A DNA stretch of 64,000 nucleotides from an uncultured Acidobacteriaceae bacterium (GCA_963701935.1 CAVPBT010000005.1:189098-253097), one strand, 5' to 3'. Counted from the stretch's first letter, positions 21,436 through 31,420 are shown. Numbers and translations are program-made. The notes: generated by a model not told the origin, from the sequence alone.

Positions 21436-22284
21436 TTGGCGCCTCGACGCGCCGATCGGGCTGACCCAGGGACGAACTTGCGGCGTAAATTGAAAAAAGC
21501 AGCAGCGCGTCCTTCTCCGGCCAAGCGGCGCAAGCCTGCTCCCTACCCCAAAGTCAACACTTCCAGTGCTTGGACTGAGGCGCTCTTCGGCGCTGAGATT
21601 CTTCTGCTGCACGCCACGCCGGTGTACTACGGCCTGGGAGTGCCGCGCGGCGATGGCTCCGCTGTCGTCATCATTCCCGGTTTTCTTGGTACTGATCTTT
21701 ACCTTACCGAGTTGCATGCATGGCTGCGGCGGATCGGATATCGCCCTTACTTTTCCGGTATCGGCATCAATGCTGAGTGTCCCAACCTGCTCATCCAGCG
21801 CCGGCTGAATCAGACGATCGAAAAAGCGCTGTCGGAAACAGGACGCAAGATTCACCTGATCGGTCACAGCCTCGGCGGCGTAATCGCGCGATCCGTGGCG
21901 GGCGATCGGCCGAAAGACGTGGCCTCGGTCATCACTCTGGCCGCCCCGATCCGTGGCACAGTTGCGAATCGAGCCGTGCTTCGCGCCGCCGAAGCTGTTC
22001 GCCTCCGCATTCTCGAGGAACACGGCAAGGGAGTTCTTCCGGACTGTTATACCGGACGCTGCACCTGCAATTTTCTCGATTCTCTTCACCGCCGGGTTGC
22101 CAGCAAGATGCTCGAGACGGCTATCTACACGCGCCAGGACGGCATCGTCGACTGGCGCTATTGCATGACCATGGATCCTGAGAAGGACGTGGAAGTTCCG
22201 GGAACCCACATCGGAATGGCATTCAACCCGGCAGCCTATGCCGTGGTTGCGGAGCGCCTCGCCAAAGCGCAATCGACCGAATAG
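21436..22284 (+). CDS. alpha/beta hydrolase (lipase/esterase-like)
   Basis: It has the nucleophile elbow GHSLGG inside ...KIHLIGHSLGGVIARSVAG.... The basic N-terminal region has a TTG start, so the start is uncertain. Confidence 0.75.
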   Translation: MAPRRADRADPGTNLRRKLKKAAARPSPAKRRKPAPYPKVNTSSAWTEALFGAEILLLHATPVYYGLGVPRGDGSAVVIIPGFLGTDLYLTELHAWLRRIGYRPYFSGIGINAECPNLLIQRRLNQTIEKALSETGRKIHLIGHSLGGVIARSVAGDRPKDVASVITLAAPIRGTVANRAVLRAAEAVRLRILEEHGKGVLPDCYTGRCTCNFLDSLHRRVASKMLETAIYTRQDGIVDWRYCMTMDPEKDVEVPGTHIGMAFNPAAYAVVAERLAKAQSTE

Positions 22285-22313
22285 ATCCGCCAATTCTCTT
22301 CGGCCACGCCAGT

Positions 22314-23274
22314 TCAGCCCACCATCTCTAGAACCGCGCCGGTAGCGGTTTCCAATCTCTCGGTCTGTCCGCTCGCTGTCTGCAACAGAACGGACGCGGA
22401 TGCCAGGCTGTTGTTCACCACTTCGAAGCTGCCCGTGCAATCGGTCTTCATATAAGGAAGCCGATGCAGGCTTGAGCCATGCCTGTCGAGCGCCGCCTCC
22501 AGCCGGAGCCCCTCGCGTGCCACGCAAGAAAAATTCCACCGGAAAGGGCTCCTTACTGACGCTGGATTCCTTCAACTTGCGAAACAAATATTTCTGCCTG
22601 TCGTGCCACAGCACCGCTTTGCGAAAAACCAGCCCAAACGGCATCTCGTAGACCAGAGCCTCTAATGTGCTTGCCGGTTGGTCGGGGCGGAGGAAATATG
22701 CGTGCGTCCATCTCCAGAAATTGCGATGCCGGTATCCACAGTTGTGCCCCTGCACTCCGAAACCCACAGGCTCACCCGCGAAGGGTTTCCCATCAAGCGT
22801 GATCTGCCCGGAGAAAAGCGCGTCCGAGTGCGGCGTGCGTGAAAAGCCGATCCAGCCTTTATCGCTGAGTGTCACCGCAAATGTGGACCGATAGCGCAGA
22901 TTCCATGAGATTGTGTGGCCGTCAACTTCCATCGATCCCCTGCAGGAATCGTCTCCGATGAAGTTGTCGCCGGCGCAAAAGTGAAATGGACTCAGGCCTC
23001 TCCGGCTGATGTCTAACCCCGCCAGCGGAAATCCCTGAATAAAGCTCTGCGGTTTTCCACCCGCCGGGAACCATGTCGCCCACACTTGCACGGGCATCCC
23101 TCGAGGGTTTCCGGCGCAACCGCCTCGTCCCGGATTCATCAACAAATAGCGAAACCACCAAGCTCCGCTTGCGTCCGCCAATCCCACGCGAAGAAACCAG
23201 ACCTCATAGCGGCGCTTTACCGACGGTCCCGAAAATACTTCGTTCAGAGAGGCCACGACTTTCTCCAAAGACAC
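22314..23274 (-). pseudogene. hypothetical beta-rich protein (tentatively tocopherol-cyclase/AttH-like), one frameshift as sequenced
   Basis: The first ~250 codons of the 778-aa ORF (from 23274) look protein-like: YEVWFLRV, WWFRYLLMNP, GVQGHNCGYRHRNFWRWTHAYF. The plausible C-terminus continues in the 22523-22314 frame (WNFSCVAREGLRLEAAL...). The total length is 961 nt (3n+1). Confidence 0.5.
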
Positions 23275-23369
23275 CCTAGACTATCTCACAGGGCTTCGAC
23301 CGGTCCGGTGATGCCGGTCACTGCGGATCCTGCAACTGCAGCCCATAGTGTGATCGGTATCTCACCTCT

Positions 23370-25056
23370 ATGCTGGATGCGTCCGCCATCGCAGCGGGCC
23401 TCCTCTTGCTCGCGCCCAACCAGTTGCGCACCGCTCTGGAGAATTTTCTGCCTCAAAGCGCGACTCCGGCCGAAAAGATCCGACTCATTGAAGACGCCCT
23501 CCAAAGCCCCGCCGCTCAATCGGTTCGCGACACGATGGCGCGCTGGATCGTCGACGAGATCGTTCCGGTCGATGCCCTGGTTCCGGAAGCCTACAAGAAT
23601 TGGCGTCCGCCGGTCCGCGACGCCATGATGTTCGTAGTCACGCACCTCTCGCCCGCTCGCCTCGCCCCAAAACTCTTGGAGCAAATCGAACTCCCAACCA
23701 ACACGTCGCCCGAAGTGCGTCTGTTGCGCCTCATTGCAAAGGTCCCAGGCCTGCAGAAACTCGGGCAGGTCATCGCCCGGAACCAGCATCTCCACCCTGC
23801 GCTCCGCCGGGCCCTCTCCAAACTGGAAAACGGGATTCGTGACGTACAACCCGAAGACATTCGCGTCATTGTTGAAAAGATGCTGGGGCCAAAGTTCAAA
23901 ACCTACGCCGTAGAAATCTCACCCACAATAATGAAGGAAGCGAGCGTCAGCGCAGTCATTCGCTTCACTTGGCAGAATCCCAAGTCCGGGAAACGCGAGC
24001 GCGGCGTCTTTAAAGTCCTCAAGCCTCACATCCCCGAATACTTCGCCGAAGATATGGATTACCTCCAACGACTGGCTGAATACTTCGGCGATCACCACCA
24101 CACCTACGGAATTGCGCCCCACCTCATTGCCGACACGTTTCGCAAAGTCCGTCGCTTGCTGCGGCACGAGGTCAATTTCTCTCGTGAACAGAAGACCTTG
24201 GTTGAAGCCGGGGTTCTCTATCGTGGGTTCCCCCGTGTGCGCATTCCAAAATTGATTCAGCCCTTGTGCACGCCCACGATCACCGCGCTCACGGAAGAGC
24301 CAGGGATTAAGGTAACCAGCGCCGCGGCCCGCCTGCCTGACTCACGTCGCCGGGAGGTAGCCGAGCAACTCGTGGAGTCCTTGGTCGCCGTGCCCCTTTT
24401 CTCCTCGACCCAGGATGCCATCTTTCACGGCGATCCCCACGCCGGCAACCTGCTTTACCATAACAAGACGCGTGAACTCGTTATCCTCGATTGGGCGCTG
24501 CGCGAACGTCTGAGCCGCGAACAGCGCCGTCATCTCGCCCTCTTGTTCCTCATGGTCAGCCTGCGCGACCCAGTCGGCACGGCCAACGAAATCGTGGCGC
24601 TCAGTCAACCGCGCATCAGAATGCTCCTCACCTCGGGGCCGCAAAGTACGCGACACCGTCTCCAAGTTCCTCGACGAGTTGCCGCCTTCCCGCATGCCCA
24701 GCGGAGCCGACGCCATGCGACTTCTGGAGCGCGTCGCCATCACCGGCGTTAAGTTCCCCAGTTCGCTGATCATGTTGTCGAAAGTGATGTTTACGCTGGA
24801 AGGGATACTGGGCGACATCGTCGGCGCGGACACCGGAATGGGCTTCACGCTCGCGCGCCATGTCGCCCAGCATTGGATTGCCAACCGCTCTGCGTTCCGT
24901 TCGCCACTCATGACCCGCGACTGGTTTGCGCTTCAGTGCAGCGCGCTGCTCTATACCAGCCGTGTGTGGCTGCAGTGGGAGCAGGCGCTCCTGAACCGCT
25001 TGCCTCAATCGAAACAATTGCTCAAGGCCACGGGGACGGAAGGGCGGCCGTCGTAA
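23370..25056 (+). pseudogene. ABC1/UbiB (AarF) atypical kinase family protein, one frameshift as sequenced
   Basis: Motifs are VFKVLKPHIPEYF..., FHGDPHAGNLL and ILDWAL. The frame breaks near the GGGG run at 24635-24638. The real C-terminus continues in the 24679-25056 frame (...RKVRDTVSKFLDELPPSRMPSGADAMRLLERV...). The total length is 1687 nt (3n+1). Confidence 0.8.
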
Positions 25057-25088
25057 ACCGACGGCCGCCCATCACAGATCCACAGCGC

Positions 25089-25844
25089 TTAAACCGCCAC
25101 AGTCTTCGGCCGATGCGCTGTGCGAGCCCGGGCATGTTTGGGAGCCCGTCCGTTGTGCTTTTTCGGCGGCTTGATGATCGACCCAAAGATCGACGTCTCC
25201 GAGTCAAAGAAGTTCTTCACGCCTTGGCCGGTTCGAGTCGCAATTGGTAAGAGCTGAGAAGGCGACACCAGCCCCATCGTTCGAGTCGCCGCGTCCAGGT
25301 TCACGTTCATCTGCTGGCCCATGACGTCGAGCAAACGCTTCTGCGCCTCGACAAAAGCATTTCCCGCCTCGCGCGCCAGTTGCGCCAGTTCAGTCTTCTT
25401 CGCCGCCTTATCTTCGTGAGGCTTCTTGCCGCCGGTTGCCCTCGCGGCCTCCTGCGTCACCGCTTCGAGGAATTTCTTCTGAGCGCGAGTAAAGGTCTCC
25501 ATTCCCTCGCGGGCAAATTCGACGACCTGAGCCGCGCGGTCATCCTTCCCCGCTTTCTCTGACTCCAGCCAATGCAGCGTCTGTTTGCTGGTGGTGGTCA
25601 GCAGCTCCTGCTGCATGCCGAAGAGCGTATCCAGGCTGCGCTGTACGAGGCCTGTCACTGCAACTGCCGGCATGAAGCCGCCAATCCGCTCTTTGACTCC
25701 ATTGCAGATAATGTCGTTCTCCTGTTGTGCCAGGTTGAGAAAAGCTCGCTGTGCTTCCACGAGACTCGACGTTCCCTCAACTGCCAACTCGGTGAGAATC
25801 GCCAGGGGGGATTCATTTTCGTGGTTCTTGGTGTGGGTTGGCAT
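25089..25844 (-). CDS. phasin-like repeat protein (paralogue 2)
   Basis: The ATG at 25844 follows a GGAGG. It has the same repeat modules as paralogue 1 (TFTRAQKKFLEAV, AFVEAQKRLLDVM) and a basic tail. The upstream operator copy explains the ORF-track extension. Confidence 0.6.
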   Translation of the reverse strand: MPTHTKNHENESPLAILTELAVEGTSSLVEAQRAFLNLAQQENDIICNGVKERIGGFMPAVAVTGLVQRSLDTLFGMQQELLTTTSKQTLHWLESEKAGKDDRAAQVVEFAREGMETFTRAQKKFLEAVTQEAARATGGKKPHEDKAAKKTELAQLAREAGNAFVEAQKRLLDVMGQQMNVNLDAATRTMGLVSPSQLLPIATRTGQGVKNFFDSETSIFGSIIKPPKKHNGRAPKHARARTAHRPKTVAV

Positions 25845-25855
25845 AATGCCTCCAT

Positions 25856-25870
25856 TGCTGCATTGCAGCA
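25856..25870. promoter_or_regulatory. perfect palindrome TGCTGCATTGCAGCA, candidate PhaR operator (copy 2)
   Basis: It is identical to copy 1, and the shared identity extends over the 18-mer ATTGCTGCATTGCAGCAT (25854-25871). Confidence 0.6.
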
Positions 25871-25878
25871 TTAATTGA

Positions 25879-25907
25879 AATGTAGTATCCACGCGCCTTC
25901 CAGTCAA
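25879..25907 (-). promoter_or_regulatory. sigma70-type promoter of phasin-like gene 2
   Basis: On the minus strand it reads TTGACT (25907-25902), a 17-nt spacer, then TACATT (25884-25879). The operator follows after 8 nt. Confidence 0.5.
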
Positions 25908-26030
25908 TAGTCGTTGTACCTGATTTGCGTCACATCACTGCAAAGTGTGACCACCATCACCTCAATTAGTTGAACGAAAAAGGAATCTATTCTCGGAGAA
26001 AAGTGGGTAGTGCGACCCTGAACCGAAGCA

Positions 26031-26492
26031 ATGGACAAACTTCCCGAAGTCGAAACCGCGAAAGCATTGATGACCGAGGCCACGGCGTGGTCGGTAATGA
26101 AATGGCTACGCGAAAAGAAGTTCGTGCGCAAAACGGCGGACCAGGCAAACGCCGCCCTCGACCAAGCGAGCCAGGCTGTCCGGGAACGTTGGCCGGAGCC
26201 GGTCAGATCGGCCTACGAGACGCTGGCTACTCAGACCGCCGGAACCGTCGCCGCGAGCCGCCCGAAAACCTCGTCCGCGATTGACCCAGAGGCACTGACC
26301 GTCGCCGCCAGGAGCCACGAGGCGGATGACGAAGCCTACCGCGCCCGAATGGATGCAGAAAAATCGTTCGACGACGCCGAGCGCCAACTCAGTACCAGCC
26401 TTGCTCGCGAAGGATGTCGAAAAGCAATCTACTCCTGGGAGCTACACGAGAAAGCCATTCGCAAAGCGGAAGCACTCATTCATTCGAAGTGA
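26031..26492 (+). CDS. hypothetical helical protein
   Basis: 153-aa ORF with coding-like composition. It is divergent from phasin-like gene 2. I recognise no motif. Confidence 0.55.
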   Translation: MDKLPEVETAKALMTEATAWSVMKWLREKKFVRKTADQANAALDQASQAVRERWPEPVRSAYETLATQTAGTVAASRPKTSSAIDPEALTVAARSHEADDEAYRARMDAEKSFDDAERQLSTSLAREGCRKAIYSWELHEKAIRKAEALIHSK

Positions 26493-27174
26493 CGAACCCC
26501 GGCAGGAGCCCCCGATAGATCGCCATTCCTACTACGGCGTCCACACCCATCGCATGTAATTCGTCGATCTCTTCCTGGGTCCGGATCCCCCCCGCCGCAA
26601 TGAGTTGCCGCGCCGTGGCCTTCCGCAGCGGACGAATCACCTCTTGGGGAAATCCCCCCAGCAGTCCTTCCGTTTCCACATGCGTATACAGAAACGCACT
26701 GCACCACGGTTCCAGAGCCAGGACCATTTCGAGTGGCGCCACCGCCGTCATCTTCCGCCATCCATGAATCGCCACACGCCCCCCCATCGCGTCGAGCGCG
26801 AAAACTAATCGGCCAGCACCGACCGCGTTCGACAGCCTATTCGCAAACTTCGAATCCAGATTGTCCCCGGCGAACAATGACGATCCAAGAATGACTCTGT
26901 GCGCTCCCGCCTCCAGTGCCGCCTGCGCGGCTTCCACCGACCGGATGCCCCCACCCACCTGGCACGGCAGCTGCCGAGCCAACTCCCGCACCAGTTCAAC
27001 ATTGCTCCCCGTCCCGATGGCGGCATCGAGATCAATGACTTGTACCAGCGGAAACTTCGAGAAGCGATCTACCCACGCGGCAAAGTCATCGAACTCCAGC
27101 GCCTTCTTCCGGCCCTGCACCAACTGGACGATCTTGCCGCCCATCAAATCGATCGACGGAATCAGCATGGCCAC
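26476..27174 (-). CDS. hisA: ProFAR isomerase HisA
   Basis: [19 protein letters not shown]..., ...GGGIRS... and ...[11 protein letters not shown]... fit HisA. It is the last gene of the his operon. The start may be 27174 or 27168. Confidence 0.85.
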   Translation of the reverse strand: MAMLIPSIDLMGGKIVQLVQGRKKALEFDDFAAWVDRFSKFPLVQVIDLDAAIGTGSNVELVRELARQLPCQVGGGIRSVEAAQAALEAGAHRVILGSSLFAGDNLDSKFANRLSNAVGAGRLVFALDAMGGRVAIHGWRKMTAVAPLEMVLALEPWCSAFLYTHVETEGLLGGFPQEVIRPLRKATARQLIAAGGIRTQEEIDELHAMGVDAVVGMAIYRGLLPGFVTSNE

Positions 27175-27929
27175 CTCACCGGAATGCCCTGCGAGCCGAT
27201 TTCCTGCTTGAGGTCGGAGAGCCGGCTGAACCCATAATGAAACATCGAGGCCGCCAGCGCGGCGTCAGCATGCCCTTCACGAAAGACTTCGACAAAATGC
27301 CGCGCTCCCCCCGCGCCGCCAGAAGCGATCACAGGAATTCGAACCGAATCGGCCACGGCCCGGGTTAACTCGCATTCAAAACCAATGCCGGTGCCGTCGC
27401 GATCCATCGAGGTCAGCAGAATCTCTCCCGCCCCGCGGTCTTCCGCCTCCCGCGCCCAGCCAACCGCATCCCGTCCGCTTGGCTTGCGTCCTCCGTGGAT
27501 GTACGCTTCCCAGCCTGACGACTCGTCGCAGCGCCTGGCGTCTATTGCTACGACCACCGCCTGCGAGCCGAATCGCAGTGCAATTCGCGTAATCAGATCT
27601 GGATCAGCAAGCGCCGCGGAATTGATGCTGATCTTGTCCGCACCCGCCGAAAACACGGCCGCCGCATCTTCCAGCGTGCGAATCCCTCCGCCCACGGTGA
27701 ATGGAATAAACAGCTGACGCGCCGTCCGGCTCACCGTGTCGAGCAGCGTCGCCCGTTTCTCATGCGTCGCAGAAATATCCAGCAGCACCATTTCGTCCGC
27801 ACCCGACGCACCGTGTGCCATGGCCAGCTCAGCCGGATCCCCTGCATCGCGCAGATTCTCGAACTGCACGCCCTTCACCACGCGGCCGCCGTCCACATCC
27901 AGGCAAGCGATAATGCGTTTCGTCAGCAT
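27162..27929 (-). CDS. hisF: imidazole glycerol phosphate synthase cyclase subunit HisF
   Basis: I chose the ATG at 27929 ([23 protein letters not shown]...). The ORF-track extension overlaps hisH. A further motif is ...ASGGAG... Confidence 0.9.
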   Translation of the reverse strand: MLTKRIIACLDVDGGRVVKGVQFENLRDAGDPAELAMAHGASGADEMVLLDISATHEKRATLLDTVSRTARQLFIPFTVGGGIRTLEDAAAVFSAGADKISINSAALADPDLITRIALRFGSQAVVVAIDARRCDESSGWEAYIHGGRKPSGRDAVGWAREAEDRGAGEILLTSMDRDGTGIGFECELTRAVADSVRIPVIASGGAGGARHFVEVFREGHADAALAASMFHYGFSRLSDLKQEIGSQGIPVRWPC

Positions 27930-27931
27930 GC

Positions 27932-28525
27932 TCAGAGCTCGCAGAAGTTGTTCAGCATCTGCAATCCAATCCCCCCGGATTTTTCGGGATGAAACTGCAC
28001 CCCAAACAGACGATCTCTTTCCACCGCCGCGGAAAACCGCCCCCCATATTCGCAACACGCCACCGTCGCATCGGTAATCGGTGCCCGGAAAGAGTGCGTG
28101 AAATACACGAATGCTCCCGACGGCACACCTCGCAGCAGCCGTGAAGACGGATCAACCTCGAGCTGATTCCATCCCACATGCGGCGATTTCACGTTCGCCG
28201 AGAAGCGCTGGCATTCCCCGTCGAACACGCCCAGGCCGCGCGCCGACGGCGATTCCTCGCTGCCGGCAAACATCCACTGCATCCCAACACAAATGCCCAG
28301 GAACGGGATCCGCCGGGCAATCGCATCAGCAATGGCCTGCTTCAAACCCGTTCGCTCCAGAGACTCGGTCGAAGTAAAGTGACCGACGCCGGGAAGCACC
28401 ACTTTCGTAGCCGTGGCAACTTGCCCTGGATCACAAATAATGGCGCACTCCTGTCCCAACCAGTCGAACGCCTTCTTCACCGAAACCAAGTTCCCCGCGC
28501 CATAGTCGACAATCGCGATCATCAC
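27932..28525 (-). CDS. hisH: imidazole glycerol phosphate synthase glutamine amidotransferase subunit HisH
   Basis: [15 protein letters not shown]..., ...[10 protein letters not shown]... (catalytic Cys) and ...GVQFHPEKS. Confidence 0.9.
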   Translation of the reverse strand: MMIAIVDYGAGNLVSVKKAFDWLGQECAIICDPGQVATATKVVLPGVGHFTSTESLERTGLKQAIADAIARRIPFLGICVGMQWMFAGSEESPSARGLGVFDGECQRFSANVKSPHVGWNQLEVDPSSRLLRGVPSGAFVYFTHSFRAPITDATVACCEYGGRFSAAVERDRLFGVQFHPEKSGGIGLQMLNNFCEL

Positions 28526-29109
28526 AGCACTCCCTTGGTACTGGGAAGCAGCCGCGCCATGCGCCGGTCGCGCCAGCAGGCCGCGCGCAACGCCCGCGCA
28601 AACGCCTTGAATAGCGCCTCAATCTTGTGATGGCTCGATCTCCCGTACAGCGTTCGCACGTGAACATTGGCCCGCGCCCCTCGCGCGAAGCCCTCGAAGA
28701 AGTCGAACACAAGTTCGGCCTGCAGATCACCGACCAGCCGCGACCGCACCTTGGTATCCACGACCGCTGCCGTGCGTCCGCAGAAATCCACCGCGGCCAT
28801 GCCCATCGTCTCGTCCATCGGCATCAGGAAATAACCGGCCCGCAGAATGCCGCGTTTGCTGCCCAGTGCCTTGTCAAATGCCTGTCCGAGGACGATCCCC
28901 ACATCCTCCACCGTGTGGTGCTGATCCACGTCGAGATCGCCACGAGCCTTGAGCTTCAGATCAAAGCCCCCGTGATGCGCGAACAGTTCCAGCATGTGAT
29001 CGAAGAATCGAATGCCCGTCGACACTTGGTAATGCCCGCGCCCCTCAATCGTGAGCGAGATCTGAATCTGCGTCTCCTTGCTGACGCGCTTGATGTTCCC
29101 TTTTCTCAT
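28522..29109 (-). CDS. hisB: imidazoleglycerol-phosphate dehydratase HisB (monofunctional)
   Basis: The ATG at 29109 gives [19 protein letters not shown].... It has HH motifs ([27 protein letters not shown]). Its start and stop each overlap the neighbouring gene by 4 nt. Confidence 0.9.
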   Translation of the reverse strand: MRKGNIKRVSKETQIQISLTIEGRGHYQVSTGIRFFDHMLELFAHHGGFDLKLKARGDLDVDQHHTVEDVGIVLGQAFDKALGSKRGILRAGYFLMPMDETMGMAAVDFCGRTAAVVDTKVRSRLVGDLQAELVFDFFEGFARGARANVHVRTLYGRSSHHKIEALFKAFARALRAACWRDRRMARLLPSTKGVL

Positions 29110-30182
29110 CGTCGCGATGCTCCTTGCGCAATCCCAAGTTCGTCGCACGTCTCCTGAAGGGCGGTGAGCAACCGATCAGCATGCGCACGTGGCCCCAGCG
29201 TGATGCGCACGCATCCCTCGCACCCGTGGTCTCCCGACCGATCGCGAACCAGAATGCCGCGACGCCTCATATGCTCCACAAACGAAGTCGCCGCATCCAC
29301 GCGCGCCAGAACGAAGTTCGCCTGACTGGGCCAGAACTGAATTCCCATGCCACCGAGAACCTGCTCTAGCCGCGCCCGCGACTCCCAAACCTTACTCACA
29401 TATTCATGGATAAAGTCCTGATCGCCGAGCGCCTCCGGCAGACAAGCCAGCGCGACCGCGTTCACGTTGTAAGGTGAACTGACCCGCCGTACCGCCCGCA
29501 TCTGTTCCGCGTCGCCCATCAACGCGCCAACGCGCAGCCCCGCCATCCCGTATGCCTTGGAGAACGTCCTCGCCACAAAGAGATTCGGGAACTCGTTGCG
29601 CATCGGCAGCATGCTGTGACCGTAGAACTCGAAGTATGCTTCATCCACAAGTACCGCTGCACCTGTGGCGGCCTGAGCGATTCTCCGCAAATCTTCCGGC
29701 GGCGCAACCGTTCCCGTCGGATTATTCGGATTCGCCATGGCGACCAGCCGCGTGCGCGGCGTAATGCGCTTGCACACTTCGTCGCCAGGAAAAATGAAGT
29801 CCTCGCCAGCTGGAATGCTGATGACCTTCGCTCCCGCCGCCATCCCATAAATCCGGTACATCGAATATGTGGGCACCACGATCAGCGCCTCGTCGCCGGG
29901 CTCAAGGTAGGTTTCACACAGCAAATGAATCGCTTCATCCACACCGTTGGTCAGCAGCAACTCGCCCGCTGCAACGCCCAGCACGTCTGCCACGGCCGCC
30001 TCTACCGGCTCGCGCTCGGGATAGCGGGCAAGTTCTTCCGTGCCCAAGCGCCGCAAACGCTCCAGCACTCGCGGGGAGCAACCCACGGTGTTTTCGTTGA
30101 AATCCAATCGCAGCCCATCCCGCCCCGCAAGCGGCGGGTGATACAAAGGCAGCGTGCGCACCGCTTCTCGCGGACTAAGCAT
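29106..30182 (-). CDS. hisC: histidinol-phosphate aminotransferase HisC
   Basis: 358 aa, class-II aminotransferase. ...[15 protein letters not shown]... carries the PLP lysine. Confidence 0.9.
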   Translation of the reverse strand: MLSPREAVRTLPLYHPPLAGRDGLRLDFNENTVGCSPRVLERLRRLGTEELARYPEREPVEAAVADVLGVAAGELLLTNGVDEAIHLLCETYLEPGDEALIVVPTYSMYRIYGMAAGAKVISIPAGEDFIFPGDEVCKRITPRTRLVAMANPNNPTGTVAPPEDLRRIAQAATGAAVLVDEAYFEFYGHSMLPMRNEFPNLFVARTFSKAYGMAGLRVGALMGDAEQMRAVRRVSSPYNVNAVALACLPEALGDQDFIHEYVSKVWESRARLEQVLGGMGIQFWPSQANFVLARVDAATSFVEHMRRRGILVRDRSGDHGCEGCVRITLGPRAHADRLLTALQETCDELGIAQGASRR

Positions 30183-31420
30183 GCTCGCACCTCACCCGGA
30201 CCGATTGCGCGTGCGCCGGAAGCCCCTCAGCGGTCGCGAGGCATTCGATAGCAGGAGCAATCCCGCGCAGCCCCTCGCCGGAAAGTCGCTGCACCGTAAT
30301 CACCTTCACAAAATCGGTCACGCTGAGACCTCCGCGAAATCGAGCCTGCCCCGAAGTCGGCAACACGTGATTGGGCCCGGACGCATAGTCGCCCGCCGCC
30401 TGCGCCGAATAGTCCCCCACAAACACGGAGCCCGCATTCTGAATGAACGGTAAGTCGTCCTCCGCAACGGTGATATGTTCAGGTGCAAGCCGATTCGCCC
30501 AATCCCGAGCCTGCTCTCGTGACTGCGCGACCAGTATTGCGCCCCGCGCTCGCAGCGACGCCTGAGCCGTTGAATTCCCTTTCGCAAGTTCCACCGCGCT
30601 GGCCTTCACCGACCTCGCCAGCCTGGGAGAAGTCGTGATCAAGACCGACAGCGTCTCCGGATCATGCTCAGCCTGCGCCACCAGATCCGCCGCGATGAAC
30701 TCCGGCACACCCGAGTGGCTCAGAACCACGGCTTCCGTAGGCCCTGCCAGAAAATCAATCGCGCAATCGAACGCGACCAGCTTCTTCGCCACCGTAACGT
30801 AGGAGTTTCCCGGCCCCACAATCTTGTCCACCCGCGGAATGCTGCTGGTTCCATACGCCAACGCGGCGACGGCCTGCGCACCCCCCACACGGTAGAACTC
30901 GCGCACACCCAGCATCGCGGCCGCAGCCAGGACTTCCGTCGATGGCTTGGGTGATACCACGCGGATGTTTTTCACCGCCGCAACCTGCGCGGGAATCACC
31001 GTCATCAGCAGAGTCGAAACCAGCGGATAGCGCCCGCCCGGCACGTAGCATCCCACCGACTCCAGAGGCCGCACGATTTGCCCAAGAGAAATCCCGTCGC
31101 GAGTCCGCATCCAGTCTCCGGGCTTTTGCCATTCACAAAAACGGCGGATATTCTGAGCAGCCTGCCGCAGCGATTTGCGCAACTTCGGAGAAATCGTCCG
31201 CAGCGCCGCCGCCATTTCTTCCTCCGACACTCGCAGAGGCTGTTTCTTTCTCAAGCCTATCCCATCGCTCCGCATACCGTCGAAGCGCTCGGTCCCCGCC
31301 CCGTCGCATGCTTTCCACGATGCGCCGCACTCGCGGTTCCAGTCGTTCAAGGTCCGCGCCTCGTGCGGCAAGACGATCCACCAGCGCAGCAGCCTTGCGA
31401 CCCGAAACGATCCGCATCAC
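30175..31420 (-). pseudogene. hisD: histidinol dehydrogenase HisD, one frameshift as sequenced
   Basis: The N-terminus MMRIVSGRK...RRYAERWD lies in the 31420 frame. The remainder, ...GLRKKQPLRVSEEEM... to the stop at 30175, lies in another frame. Removing base ~31258 restores RWDGLRKKQ. The total length is 1246 nt (3n+1). Confidence 0.85.

Noticed and set aside
20938-22523. C-terminal ~530 codons of the 778-aa minus-strand ORF (20938-23274), which overlaps phaR and the alpha/beta hydrolase gene
   Set aside because: The sequence is Arg/Gly/Ala-rich and low-complexity, and it is antisense to two well-supported plus-strand genes. This is the typical stop-free shadow frame of GC-rich DNA. Only the first ~250 codons look real, and they continue in another frame.
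25929-25951. Inverted repeat GTCACA-N11-TGTGAC between phasin-like gene 2 and the hypothetical gene at 26031
   Set aside because: The arms are only 6 bp with a long spacer and opposite half-site order to the CRP-type sites. Such repeats are expected by chance in 64 kb.
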